From: Alphaproteobacteria bacterium
Lineage (GTDB): Bacteria; Pseudomonadota; Alphaproteobacteria; UBA828
DNA length: 64,000 bases
Assembly: GCA_965237415.1 (NCBI GenBank)
Contig: CBDEFM010000002.1
Span: 3,776,001 to 3,840,000 of the forward strand
Direction of reading: 5' to 3'
Of the stretch, positions 10,805 to 20,978 are shown piece after piece. The position numbers were made by a program, and so were the translations under genes. Position 1 is the first letter of the stretch. Every line of letters starts with the position of its first letter. A model generated the notes under the pieces. It ran no database searches, was not told the origin of the DNA, and saw nothing but the letters and a program-made list of their open reading frames with translations.

Positions 10805-11812
10805 TCAGGTGCGCCGGCCGAGCCGGACGCGCGGGTCGATCACGGTATAAAGCATGTCGACGGTGAGGTTGGCGACGACGAAGATCAACACCGTGACCAG
10901 CATGCATCCCTGCACCAGCGGGTAATCGCGGGAGAGCACCGCGTTCACCAGCAGCCGCCCCATGCCCGGGATGGCGAACACGGCCTCGACCACGAGCGCG
11001 CCGCTCATGAGATAACCGATCTGAATACCGATCACCGTGATCGTCGGTATCAGCGCGTTCCGCATTGCGTACTTCATCAGTACGCGGCGCTCTCGCAGCC
11101 CGCCGGCCCGGGCGGTGCGGATGTAGTCCTGCTCCAGAATCTCGATCAGGCTCGAGCGGTTCATCTCCATGATGAGCGCGGAGTAGGCAGCGCCCAGCGC
11201 AATTGCCGGCAGCACGATGTGGCGCAGGTGCTGGATAAAATCCTCGCCCGGCGCGACGTAGCCGAAGACCGGCAGGACGCGGAGATTGACTCCGAAGAGC
11301 AGTATCAGCATGAGGCCCAGCCAGAAGCCCGGCATCGCGAGGCCGACGAGGGCAATGAAGCGTCCGGTATAGTCGGCGAGCGTGTTGCGCCGCGTCGCCG
11401 AAATGATGCTCACCGGGATCGCGATCAGGATGGCGAAGACCAGGGCATAGCCGCTGAGGATGAGCGTGACCTGAAGGCGCTCGCCGATCAGGCTGGCGAC
11501 GCTCTGACTGAGCAGGATCGAGCGGCCGAGGTCGCCCGACAGCGCCCGCGTGATCCACAGGTAGTACTGGTGCACCAGGGGCTGATCGAGGCCGAGATCG
11601 CGCCGTAGTGTCTCGATCGCATCGGGCGTGCCTAGGGGCCCAAGCATCGCCCGCGCCGGATCGCCCGGCACCACATGCAGGATGAAGAAGATGACGAGGC
11701 TCGCCCCGACGAGAACGAAGATCGTCCAGACGAGCCTCGTAACCAGGAACCGCAGGTGCAACGGGCTAATGGTCAGATTCCGAAGCGCTCCCGAGCGTCG
11801 GACCCGAACCAT
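10805..11812 (-). CDS. Peptide ABC permease (DppB-like); start uncertain (ATG 11812 or TTG 11761)
   Basis: PGDPA, GLDQPL, DYIRTARAGG, EAVFAIPGMG and RDYPLVQG motifs. Confidence 0.88.
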   Translation of the reverse strand: MVRVRRSGALRNLTISPLHLRFLVTRLVWTIFVLVGASLVIFFILHVVPGDPARAMLGPLGTPDAIETLRRDLGLDQPLVHQYYLWITRALSGDLGRSILLSQSVASLIGERLQVTLILSGYALVFAILIAIPVSIISATRRNTLADYTGRFIALVGLAMPGFWLGLMLILLFGVNLRVLPVFGYVAPGEDFIQHLRHIVLPAIALGAAYSALIMEMNRSSLIEILEQDYIRTARAGGLRERRVLMKYAMRNALIPTITVIGIQIGYLMSGALVVEAVFAIPGMGRLLVNAVLSRDYPLVQGCMLVTVLIFVVANLTVDMLYTVIDPRVRLGRRT

Positions 11813-11861
11813 CAAACCCGGCAACCATCGACGGTAGAACGAGCGCCCCTCCCCCGCGCGC

Positions 11862-13463
11862 TCAGCGATCCAGCCAGCACTCGTCCATCGGTCCCGCAAA
11901 CTCGTCGCGGAACCGGTAGCCGATCACGTCCTTGCGCATGCCCTCCACAAGGTTGGGGAAGACGAGAAACGCGACCGGGCATTCCTCCATGCAGATGCGG
12001 TTCGCCTGGTTGTAGAGATCGGCACGTGTCGGAATGTCGATCTCGCTGCGGGCCCGCTGGAGGAGGTCGTCGACCTCAGCGTTCGAGTAGTTGCCGACAT
12101 TATAGATTTCGTCAGTCACGAGCTGCTTGTACATCAAGGCGTCGGGGTCTACCCCGCCTCCCGTCCAGGAGGAATTGCCGATCCAGTAGTCCTTCGTGCC
12201 GTAGAAGTAGGCGGCAAAGGTGTTGAAGTCCGGCTTGACGATTTCGAGCTTGATGCCGATGGCGGTGAGCTGCGCGGCACAGGCATCGCCGACAAGGCCC
12301 CACGGGCGTTCGGTGAAGGTGTCGAAGCGGATGGTCTGGTCGAAGTCGAACCCGGCCTCCTCCAGCAGCAACCTGGCACGGTCGGGATCGTAGTACTGGT
12401 ACGGAATGTCGGCGTTCTCGCGATGGTAAGCCCCGAAGGCAGGCGAGAGCGCGTGATGGGCCGCCACCGCGAGGCCCTTGTAGATCCCGTGTGCGATGCC
12501 CTCGCGGTCGAAGGCCATGGAGAAGGCCTGCCGCACGCGCTTGTCGGTGAAGGGCTCGCGCTCGACGTTGTAGGCGACGTAATCCCAGATCGGCGAGGGC
12601 GTCGTCAGCAGCTTGAGGTCCGGGTTCGATCTGATCTGGTCGGCGAATTCCGGATTGGTCTGCATCATGTAGTCGAGGCCGCCGGTCTGCAGCGCCGCCA
12701 GCGCCGTCGATTGCTCGGGGATGATATGAACCTCGATCCCGTCGAGGTAAGCCGGCCCACCCCAATAGTCGTCGTTGCGCTCGAGCACCACCTTGTCGCC
12801 GCGCGTGTAGGAAACGAACTTAAACGGGCCCGTGCCGATGGAGCCCTTGAGCGGATCGGTCGCCATGTGCTTCTCGATCGCAGTCGGCGAGATGATGGGG
12901 AAAATCGAGCGCCGGAAGTTGGCGAGCTGAGGTGAGAACGGCCGCTTCATGCGCATCCGCACCTGATGCGAAGACAGGACATCCACCGCCTCGATCTCCT
13001 GGAAGTCCGCCACGTAGGGAGACGCCGTGTCCGGATTGAGGATGCGCTCGACCGTGAACTTGACGTCATCGGCGGTGAAGTCGGTGCCATCGTGGAACTT
13101 CACGCCCGTTCGCAGGTTGAAGATGTAAGTCTGCGCGTCGGGCTGTTCCCACGACTCGGCCAGGTCGGGCACGACATTGCGGTTGCTGTCGATGTTCACC
13201 AGGCCGTTATAGGCCAGGTAGCCGATTCGCAGTGTCAGCAGCGAGATAATGCGATGAACGTCGAAGGCGGGTGCGAACGGCTCCTCTGAAGTAGAGAGGC
13301 GCAGCACGCCGCCGCGTTTGGGTTCCGATGCCTGTGCCGTTCGGGAGCCTTGCAACGAGATCAGGCTGCCGCCGGCACCGACGACGAGCGCTCCGGCGCC
13401 AGTTTGGAGAACCCTGCGCCGGTCGATACCGGCTCTTCCAGTCTCTTTCTTCTTGTCCACCAT
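11862..13463 (-). CDS. Family 5 peptide ABC substrate-binding protein, Tat signal
   Basis: DRRRVLQ signal; PDLAESW, VKFHDG and GTGPF motifs; RBS GGAGG before ATG 13463. Confidence 0.92.
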   Translation of the reverse strand: MVDKKKETGRAGIDRRRVLQTGAGALVVGAGGSLISLQGSRTAQASEPKRGGVLRLSTSEEPFAPAFDVHRIISLLTLRIGYLAYNGLVNIDSNRNVVPDLAESWEQPDAQTYIFNLRTGVKFHDGTDFTADDVKFTVERILNPDTASPYVADFQEIEAVDVLSSHQVRMRMKRPFSPQLANFRRSIFPIISPTAIEKHMATDPLKGSIGTGPFKFVSYTRGDKVVLERNDDYWGGPAYLDGIEVHIIPEQSTALAALQTGGLDYMMQTNPEFADQIRSNPDLKLLTTPSPIWDYVAYNVEREPFTDKRVRQAFSMAFDREGIAHGIYKGLAVAAHHALSPAFGAYHRENADIPYQYYDPDRARLLLEEAGFDFDQTIRFDTFTERPWGLVGDACAAQLTAIGIKLEIVKPDFNTFAAYFYGTKDYWIGNSSWTGGGVDPDALMYKQLVTDEIYNVGNYSNAEVDDLLQRARSEIDIPTRADLYNQANRICMEECPVAFLVFPNLVEGMRKDVIGYRFRDEFAGPMDECWLDR

Positions 13464-13510
13464 TGAGTGCTGCCTCCCCTTGTCGCTTTTTTGCGTTGGA
13501 CCGTGCGTCC

Positions 13511-14521
13511 CTATTCGCCCCACACCTCCCTGAAGACCCTGACCCAGTTGCCACCGAGAATCTTCTTGGTTGTCTGTTCGCTATAGCCGCGCTCCAACAA
13601 ACGCCTGGTCAGGTTGCGAAGGCCGCGCGGCGTGGCGATGCCGTCGGGGTAGTGGTAGGGCGGCGGCGGATAGGACTCGGGCTGCCACGTGCCGCCCGCG
13701 ACGTGCTCCTCGTAGAGGCGCATGGCCTCTTCGTCGTCGGCGATCGGCGCCTGACCCCAGTAGTAGTCGAGGCCGAGGCCGACGTGATCGTCGCCGACGA
13801 GGTTCACGACATAGTCGATGTGGTCGATGAAGTCATCGAGAGTGGGCCGGGGCGAAGCGCTGACGAACGCCGGAAAGCCGACCATGCCGATCAGGCCGCC
13901 GGTCGCCGCAGCGCCCTTGATCTGCTCGTCGGTGATGTTGCGCCGCGAGTCCTTCACCGCCTTCGGATTCGAGTGCGAGAACACGACGGGTCGCGAGGAC
14001 GCCTCGATCGCATCCATCGTCGTGCGATAGCCGGTGTGGGTGCAATCGACGACGACGCGGGCCTCGTTGAGGCGCTCGATTACCCTGAGGCCGAAGTTGC
14101 TGAGCCCGGCGTCCGTTCGTTCTTCGCAGCCATCGCCGACACTGTTCTTGATGTTGTAGGCAAGCTGGATCATGCCGACGCCGAGGGCCTTGTACGCATC
14201 GATCAGGTTGATGTCGTCCTCGATCGGCTCGGTTCCCTGGAAATGGAAGAGCACACCGAACTTGCCGTCCGCCTTGGCGGAAGCGATGTCGGCGGCGCGC
14301 TTGATGAGGACAAGCCTCGGGTCCGAGTCGATGGCGCGGATCCATTCGCCCAGAACGCGAAGCGTAGGCCCGGCGCGCTCGAAGGCGCCGACGGTGGGGC
14401 CGGCCGCGGTGGCGCCGCCCTCGATCCACCAGTCTATGTATTGGCGGCGCAACATAAGCGGGCATACCGCATCGATCACGATGGCCTCGTCGTGGATGCG
14501 GTCGTGATCGAGCTTGGCCAC
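13511..14521 (-). CDS. Membrane dipeptidase (peptidase M19) family protein 1
   Basis: DAGLSNFG, VDCTH, FSHSN, RNITD, HVGLGLD and ILGGNW motifs. Confidence 0.88.
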   Translation of the reverse strand: MAKLDHDRIHDEAIVIDAVCPLMLRRQYIDWWIEGGATAAGPTVGAFERAGPTLRVLGEWIRAIDSDPRLVLIKRAADIASAKADGKFGVLFHFQGTEPIEDDINLIDAYKALGVGMIQLAYNIKNSVGDGCEERTDAGLSNFGLRVIERLNEARVVVDCTHTGYRTTMDAIEASSRPVVFSHSNPKAVKDSRRNITDEQIKGAAATGGLIGMVGFPAFVSASPRPTLDDFIDHIDYVVNLVGDDHVGLGLDYYWGQAPIADDEEAMRLYEEHVAGGTWQPESYPPPPYHYPDGIATPRGLRNLTRRLLERGYSEQTTKKILGGNWVRVFREVWGE

Positions 14522-14572
14522 GCTTGGGGTCTCCCCGTCGGTGCGCCTATCAGGAAGCCGCGATCAGGCTCC

Positions 14573-15604
14573 TCACGTCCATACCTGTCTCGCCACCCGC
14601 GCGAAATTCTCGCCTAGAATGCCGCGCACATCCGCCTCCGAGTAACCTCGCGCGAGCAGGATGTCGGTGATCTCGAGCAACTGCTCGGGCTGCACGAACG
14701 CTGTCTCACCGAATGGCACGCCCTTGTTGGGCGGCCACATGTCCGTATTGGACAGCGTCCAGACCCCGACACTCTTGCTATCCCGGCAATAGTCGAGACC
14801 GATGCCGACGTGCTCCGGGCCGACGAGGTTCGCGATGTGGTCGATATGGCGCACGACGGTCTCGCTCGACGCCGTTTCGTCGCCGAGGAAGAAGGCAACG
14901 CCGTTAAAGCCGATGACACCTCCGCTCTTGGCGCAGGCCTTTATCTGATCGTCGCGAATATTGCGGTAGTGTTCGTGCACTGCATCCGCAAGGCTGTGCG
15001 AGAAGATGAACGGCGCCGTCGCCACCTCCATCGCCTCCATGGTCGTGCGATAGCCAGTGTGGCTGCCGTCGACCAGCATGCCGACGCGGTTCATTTCCTG
15101 CACGACGCGCACGCCGAAGCGGCTCAGGCCGGCATCGGTTCGCTCGGAGCAGCCGTCGCCCACCAGGTTCTTCTGGTTGTAGGCGAGCAGCATGTGACGC
15201 ACACCCAAATCGTAATAGGTCTGAACGAAATTGACTTCGCCTTCGAGCGGGTTGGTCTCTTGAAGATTGAAGGCGAGTGCGAATTTCCCCTCCCTCTTGG
15301 CCTGAAGAATGTCGTCGACCGACTTCACCAGCGCCAAAGTGTCGGAGCGCTCCTGGATATGCCGGGTCACCTCTGCGATTCGCCGCACGGAGCCCCCCAG
15401 CGAACCCGGAAAGTCGTTCACGGTGAGGGACGCGAAATCGACGCCGGCGCTCCGAAATCGCGGCAGAGTGACGTCCTTGTCTGCGTAGGAGGCGAGCCAA
15501 GGCAGCGTCATGTCCCAGACGAGCGCATCCTCGAACAATGCGATTGTCCGTTCGCTCACCCGTTCTCGAATGTCGGGGCGCAGATCAGCCGCTGTTTGGG
15601 TCAT
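14573..15604 (-). CDS. Membrane dipeptidase (peptidase M19) family protein 2
   Basis: DAGLSRFG, VDGSH, FSHS, RNIRD, HVGIGLD and ILGENF motifs. Confidence 0.88.
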   Translation of the reverse strand: MTQTAADLRPDIRERVSERTIALFEDALVWDMTLPWLASYADKDVTLPRFRSAGVDFASLTVNDFPGSLGGSVRRIAEVTRHIQERSDTLALVKSVDDILQAKREGKFALAFNLQETNPLEGEVNFVQTYYDLGVRHMLLAYNQKNLVGDGCSERTDAGLSRFGVRVVQEMNRVGMLVDGSHTGYRTTMEAMEVATAPFIFSHSLADAVHEHYRNIRDDQIKACAKSGGVIGFNGVAFFLGDETASSETVVRHIDHIANLVGPEHVGIGLDYCRDSKSVGVWTLSNTDMWPPNKGVPFGETAFVQPEQLLEITDILLARGYSEADVRGILGENFARVARQVWT

Positions 15605-16568
15605 CTAACCACCTCCATCCTCGCGGAGGCGCGCCGCTCCGGCGACGCGTTCTTGATCGCCAAAAAAGACTACTTGGCCCACCCATGGCCGTCAAATGTG
15701 GGCGCTGGTCTGGAACCCCCGGATTCATGCATCACACAACCCCATCTGAAGAAAGAGATGGACAAGCGCTTTCCTCAGTCTCTCGGCATGACATCAAATG
15801 CGCGATCGACCGCGTGGCGAAGAGAGGTGCAACGACTGAATGCATCGCCGCACAGCCTCCACGCGCCACCTCAGATGACGCGCGGGGGTGGGAATCGAGC
15901 TTTGCAGCAACCCATTGCATTTGTTTGATTTTTCGGCCCGCAATTTACCCAGCCCCACAGTCTGCCCAACGCGAACGGTCGGAACATGGCGTACTTCTCA
16001 CGCTGTTTCCGCAACCTACCACGATGGCGCCCCGGAAGGAGCTACCCACTCCCGCACAAGTAGATCGCATCTGCCCCCGCCCACTGCGTCGGGCCGGCTT
16101 CGCTGGATGCTGCTTATGTGTCGCGCCCGCAAGCTGCCCATCGCCCCGTAGCTGTTCTCCGGGACCGGTCTTGTGCAGAGGGCCGCAGGCTTCGCCTGAC
16201 GCCAAATTGCGACAGGCCGTACCTGGTGGTTTCACCGTGCACCAAGTTCCCCATGCGCCACCGGCCGCACCGCCAACTACTCGTCCAAATCGGCCACCCT
16301 CCATCCGCAACCGGCCGCGAGCAGGAGAGCGCAGAGGCCTGATTCGAGTAGTCCCATGGCTTTTCAGGTGCTCCGCTTGCCATTCGATGGATCCCGCTTC
16401 CTGCGGCGTCAGCTCCCGGCCATCCCGCCGGGCCCGGGCGCCGATGCGCACGGCGCCCATCGGAGACGAGAAGCAGGCTCTCAGGCGTCCGTTTCGAAAA
16501 CCGCGACGCCTGACTATCATACGGCTGATGAATCGGATCGGACTATCGTGGGGCCTGGGGAGGGCGTG

Positions 16569-17528
16569 ATGGACATCGGAATGACCATTCCCAATTACGG
16601 GCCGCTCGCTCGACGCGACGCCATCATCGCGATCGCGGGCCAGTCCGAGGCCCTTGGTTTCAGCATCATGGCGATTGCCGATCACATCGTCATTCCGAAG
16701 ACTTGGAACTCCTTCTATCCCTATTCGCCGACCGGGCGGGTCGACACTTTCGATGGCGGCGACTGCCTGGAACCGTTGGCGCTGATGGCGGCGCTCGCAC
16801 TCGCGACCGAAAAGGCGCAGCTGCTCACCGCCGTACTGGTGGTGCCCTATCGCCCGCCCATCTTGACGGCCAAGCAGCTCGCGACGATCGACGTCCTCTC
16901 CGAGGGGCGGGTCACCGTCGGCTGCGGGACGGGCTGGATGCGCGAGGAGTTCGAGGCGATCGGTGCCCCGCCCTATGAGGCGCGCGGCCAAGTAACGGAC
17001 GAGTATATCGAGGCCTTCCGGGCGATGTGGACGAGCGACGAGCCGACCTATGAGGGGGAGTACGCCCGCGTCGCGGACATCTATTTCCGTCCCCAGCCGG
17101 TCCGCAAGCCGCACCCGCCGATCTGGATCGGCGGTGACAGCATGCTGGCACTGCGCCGGACGGCGCGCCTCGGCGACGGCTGGCTGCCAGTCGGCCTCGC
17201 GCCGAAACGCCCGCTCAACACGATCGCTAGATATCGGGACGCAGCGGAGACCCTCGCCGACCTCGCGCGCGATGCCGGTCGCGACCCGGCTGAGATCGCG
17301 CTTACCTATTGGGCCATCTGGTATGACGAGACCAAGCGCGTCACCCTCGACGACGGCAGCCGCCACATCTTCACCGGCGAGGCTGCGGAGATCGCTGCCG
17401 ACATCAACGCGCTGGCCGAAATCGGCGTCAGCGCTGTCCTCTTCAGCTTCGTCCGAAGCACCCTCGACGAGACGCTCGCGAGCACCGAGCGCTTCGCGCG
17501 CGAAGTGATGCCGTTGGTTGGCAGTTAA
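16569..17528 (+). CDS. LLM-class (luciferase-like) oxidoreductase, F420-dependent-type subfamily
   Basis: ADHIVIP, TAKQLATIDVLSEGR, GTGWMREEF, PPIWIGG and GDGW motifs. Confidence 0.85.
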   Translation: MDIGMTIPNYGPLARRDAIIAIAGQSEALGFSIMAIADHIVIPKTWNSFYPYSPTGRVDTFDGGDCLEPLALMAALALATEKAQLLTAVLVVPYRPPILTAKQLATIDVLSEGRVTVGCGTGWMREEFEAIGAPPYEARGQVTDEYIEAFRAMWTSDEPTYEGEYARVADIYFRPQPVRKPHPPIWIGGDSMLALRRTARLGDGWLPVGLAPKRPLNTIARYRDAAETLADLARDAGRDPAEIALTYWAIWYDETKRVTLDDGSRHIFTGEAAEIAADINALAEIGVSAVLFSFVRSTLDETLASTERFAREVMPLVGS

Positions 17529-17786
17529 AAGTTGACGACTTTCGTGAGCTGGAGATGCTCATTGTCAGTCGGTGCGCGGGTCTTGCGCCGATCGACATGT
17601 CAACACAATGATTTCGCTGAATTCAGAGGGGTCAAGCGCCGACGCCGAACAACACCGTAGCGGCAAACGGGAGGTAAACGCATTGAACCGCACAGGCAGA
17701 ACAATGAGCCCGCGGGGCAACGGCTCAAAGGGTGTCGGGAACCGGTGGCAGGAAACCGCACAATCACGCGCCGGAGCAGACCAATA

Positions 17787-18040
17787 TGGCTCATTCCGCC
17801 GTCCGCGACGTCCCCAAACTTACGGTCTCAACACGACTACGCAAGCCGACGCCGACGCATGATCCCGGCAAGGAGTACCAGTTTCGGTACCGGGCAAAGA
17901 AGCAGAGCTCGCCACCACGCGTCGTTAAGTTTTCTGGAGGACGCTCCAGCAGCATGCTGTTGTTCGCACTTGTTAACGGCGGAGGAATAATGCTCCACGC
18001 GAGGCGACCGGGCGGTCCGGTCGCGGCGGCGCAAAAGTGA
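17787..18040 (+). pseudogene. Fragment with a PP-loop motif (PAPS-reductase-like/adenine nucleotide alpha hydrolase N-terminus)
   Basis: VVKFSGGRSSSMLL, and the ORF ends soon after. Confidence 0.4.
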
Positions 18041-18316
18041 TGGGGTGGGATTCAGGCTCTGCCACAACCCATTGTATTCAGCCAACTTTTCGACCTGCTG
18101 ACTTGCCAGCCTCACGCTCCGCCCAACCCAATCGGCCGGAACACAGCGAAGTTCGCAGACCGTCGCCGCAGCGAATCGCGATGGCGCCGCGGAATGAGCC
18201 CGCCACGTCTGTGCCCGAGGAGAGATAGACGGGCTGGACGTCATACAGCGCTGCCGTGCCGCACGCGTCTGCGCCCAATATCGAAGTGATCTGCCGGCTT
18301 GAATGGATAGACGACT

Positions 18317-18871
18317 TCAATCCCGCTTGCAGCGGTTTCCGTTGTACGGGCGCCGGCCCAGCCGCTCTTGATAGTCGTGCGATTGCCAATTCGCGCGGAA
18401 CAGCCACTGCTTTTCCGTCTGCCGTTCGGCGAGCGCCGGGTCGATTTCCACTTCGTCGAAGCCGCTTCGCCGGGCCATGGCGTATTGATCTGCGAGGATG
18501 TGGCCTGACGCGCGGAGCCGGCCCCGGTAACCCAGCAGCCGCAACTGGCGAGCAAGCGAGAATCCCCGGCCGTCCATGTGCGACGGGAATACAATGCGAA
18601 TGAGGGCGATCCGCCCGAAGGCGGGCACGATTTCCTCGGCTAGTGCGGCGTTCTCGACATCCAGCGCGGCCCGGTCCGGCAGCGCGGGACAGTCGTTCTC
18701 TCCGCTCCACCGGGTGAATTCGCCGGACCAGCCATCTTCCTGGAACCCGTTGTCGCGGACAAGAATCCTGCGGTTCTGGTATCCGTTGCCCGAATTCGCG
18801 CACTCTTGGGCGGAGGTTGCCTGAGAGGGCAAGTCGCGTTGCGCCTCGGGGTTCGCTTCGCCGCGTGCCAC
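18317..18871 (-). CDS. DUF934 family sulfite-reductase-associated protein (N-terminus uncertain)
   Basis: FPSHMDGRGFSLARQLR..GYRGRLRASGHILADQY...RSGFD; lies downstream of cysI. Confidence 0.85.
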   Translation of the reverse strand: MARGEANPEAQRDLPSQATSAQECANSGNGYQNRRILVRDNGFQEDGWSGEFTRWSGENDCPALPDRAALDVENAALAEEIVPAFGRIALIRIVFPSHMDGRGFSLARQLRLLGYRGRLRASGHILADQYAMARRSGFDEVEIDPALAERQTEKQWLFRANWQSHDYQERLGRRPYNGNRCKRD

Positions 18872-18874
18872 GGT

Positions 18875-20672
18875 CTAGCTTCCTCTGGCAGGGGCGGCGT
18901 CGGGATAGAGCGCCGCCTGGAAGGGCTGCATGCCGACGCGCCGGTATGTCGCGAGAAAGGCTTCGTCCTCATCCGACCGGAGTTTGAGGTAGGTATCGAT
19001 CAGCCGGTCCACAGCAGGGACGACGTCATCTGCGGGAAAGCCCGGTCCCGTGCGGTCGCCGAGTGCAGCGGTTTCCGTTCCGTCACCGCCGAGAGTGATC
19101 TAGTCACCTGAATCTGAAGTTCGCCACATAAAGCTAACTATGTTGAACGACTAAATTCTTCGACAATAGAGCGACTTAGTGTGGCAGCACTGCTAATCTA
19201 TAATGATCTCAACTTCAGTGCCAGATGACTAGTAGTTCTCCACACCGGCACGATCGAGGCCGAGAATGCCGATGTGCCCGACATGGTGGTGCCCGCACGC
19301 ATTGACGCAGCCGGAAATCTTGATCTTGAGATCGCCGACCTGACGTTCGTCCCCGCGTTCCTTCATCCGGGTGGTAATACCCTGGGCGATCGGGATGGAA
19401 CGGGCGGTCGCCAGATTGCAGTAATCCATCCCGGGGCAGGCGATAATGTCCGATGCCAGACCGACATTGGCGGTCGCGAGGTCCGCCTCCCGCAGCGCCG
19501 CATGAACCGCCGGCACATCGCGCCTGTGCACGTGGCAGAATGCAGTTTTGCTCGTGGCTGATCCGGATCTCGTAATGCCCGTACCGCTCCGCCAGATCGG
19601 CGATGGTGCGCATCTGGTCTGCGCTGGCATCGCCCGGCGTTGCGCCATGGGCCTTGAGCGAGATGGTGACGATTGCGTAATCGGGATTCCGGTGCGGGTG
19701 CACGTTTGTGTCCACGAATGCCCGGAACACCGGATCTCTCGCCAGAGCCGCCTCGAAGGGTCCGGTGGGCGCCTGAATGTATGCCGACGCCGCGAACATC
19801 GCGCGTATGTCCTTGAGGAGCTCCTGGTCTGCGCCTCCGAATGCCTTCCGCTGAATCCGGAAGCGTTCCTCGACGCGGTCCCGAAAGGCCTCGATCCCGT
19901 GCTCGCGCACCGTGATCTTGATGCGCGCCTTGAACTTGTTATCGCGCCGCCCGATAGCGTTGTAGACCTGCAGGATGGACTCGACGTAGGGGAGCAGGTC
20001 CGCCTCGGGCAGGAAGTCACGGATGACCGATCCGATCACCGGCGTGCGCCCGAGCCCGCCGCCAACGGAGATTTCGTATCCGATCTCACCGGCCGCATTG
20101 AGGATCATGCGGATGCCGATATCGTGTGCGCGGGTCACGGCGCGGTCGACCGGGGAGCCGCTTACCGCGATCTTGAACTTCCTCGGCAGGAACGCGAATT
20201 CCGGGTGATCCGTCGACCACTGCCGGAGCAGCTCGGCGGTCGGGCGGGGATCGCTGATTTCGTCCGCGGCCGCGCCGGCGAAATGGTCGGCGGTGACGTT
20301 CCGGACGCAATTCCCGGATGTCTGGATCGCGTGCATCTCCACATCCGCGAGAGCGTCGAGGATGTCCGGCACGTCCTTCAGTTTGGGCCAGTTGAACTGG
20401 ACGTTTTGCCGTGTGGTGAAGTGGCCGTAGCCCTTGTCCCAGCGCTCCGCGATATGGGCCAGTCGCCGCATCTGGCGGCTGTCGAGCGTTCCATAGGGGA
20501 TGGCCACACGAAGCATGTAGGCGTGCAGCTGCAGGTAGAGTCCATTCATCAGCCGCAGCGGCTTGAACTCCTCCTCGGTCAGGGAGCCGTCGATCCGGCG
20601 CTCCACCTGCTGGCGGAACTGCGCGACCCGATTGCGCACGAATTCCCGGTCGAAGGTGTCGTATCGGTACAC
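18875..20672 (-). pseudogene. cysI: Sulfite reductase hemoprotein, frameshifted, with a nonsense codon and a MITE insertion
   Basis: TTRQN, SGNCVRN, PRKFKI, ACPGMDYC and SGCVNACGHH motifs. Frameshift near 19536; the C-terminus ITLGGDG... resumes after the 19103-19229 insert. Confidence 0.92.
19103..19229. mobile_element. 127-bp MITE (family A), copy 1
   Basis: Imperfect TIRs GTCACCTGAATCTGAAGTT / AACTTCAGTGCCAGATGAC, TA on both flanks, second copy at 36545. Confidence 0.9.
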
Positions 20673-20675
20673 CCT

Positions 20676-20978
20676 TCAGCCCCCTGCTTGCTTGCCGTGG
20701 TGGTAGTTGGAGGGCCCGGTGGCGCGGAACGCCTCCCGGAAGTGGACCGGCTCGGGCCCCTGATGTCCTCCGGGCGCGGCGTCCGCCAGATAGGGGCCGA
20801 TGACGGCGTCCTCCTGCGCTCCGGCTTCCGCGAGGCAGCGGTTTGCCTCCGCCTCGTCCTCGAAGAGGCGCGCGGCACTCAGGCGGCGCGTCCAAGCGCC
20901 ATCCGGATCGAGGTAGACCACATCGCCATCGAAGAGGTCGTTCGCGGTCAGAACGCAGGGCCTGAAGGCGCGGGCCAT
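20676..20978 (-). CDS. DUF2849 family protein
   Basis: VLTANDLFDGDVVYL, VIGPYL, HFREAFRATGPS; sits between cysG and cysI. Confidence 0.88.
   Translation of the reverse strand: MARAFRPCVLTANDLFDGDVVYLDPDGAWTRRLSAARLFEDEAEANRCLAEAGAQEDAVIGPYLADAAPGGHQGPEPVHFREAFRATGPSNYHHGKQAGG

Noticed and set aside
15605-16560. ORF 15538..16569 or an ncRNA in the long intergenic region
   Set aside because: No recognisable protein or RNA motif.
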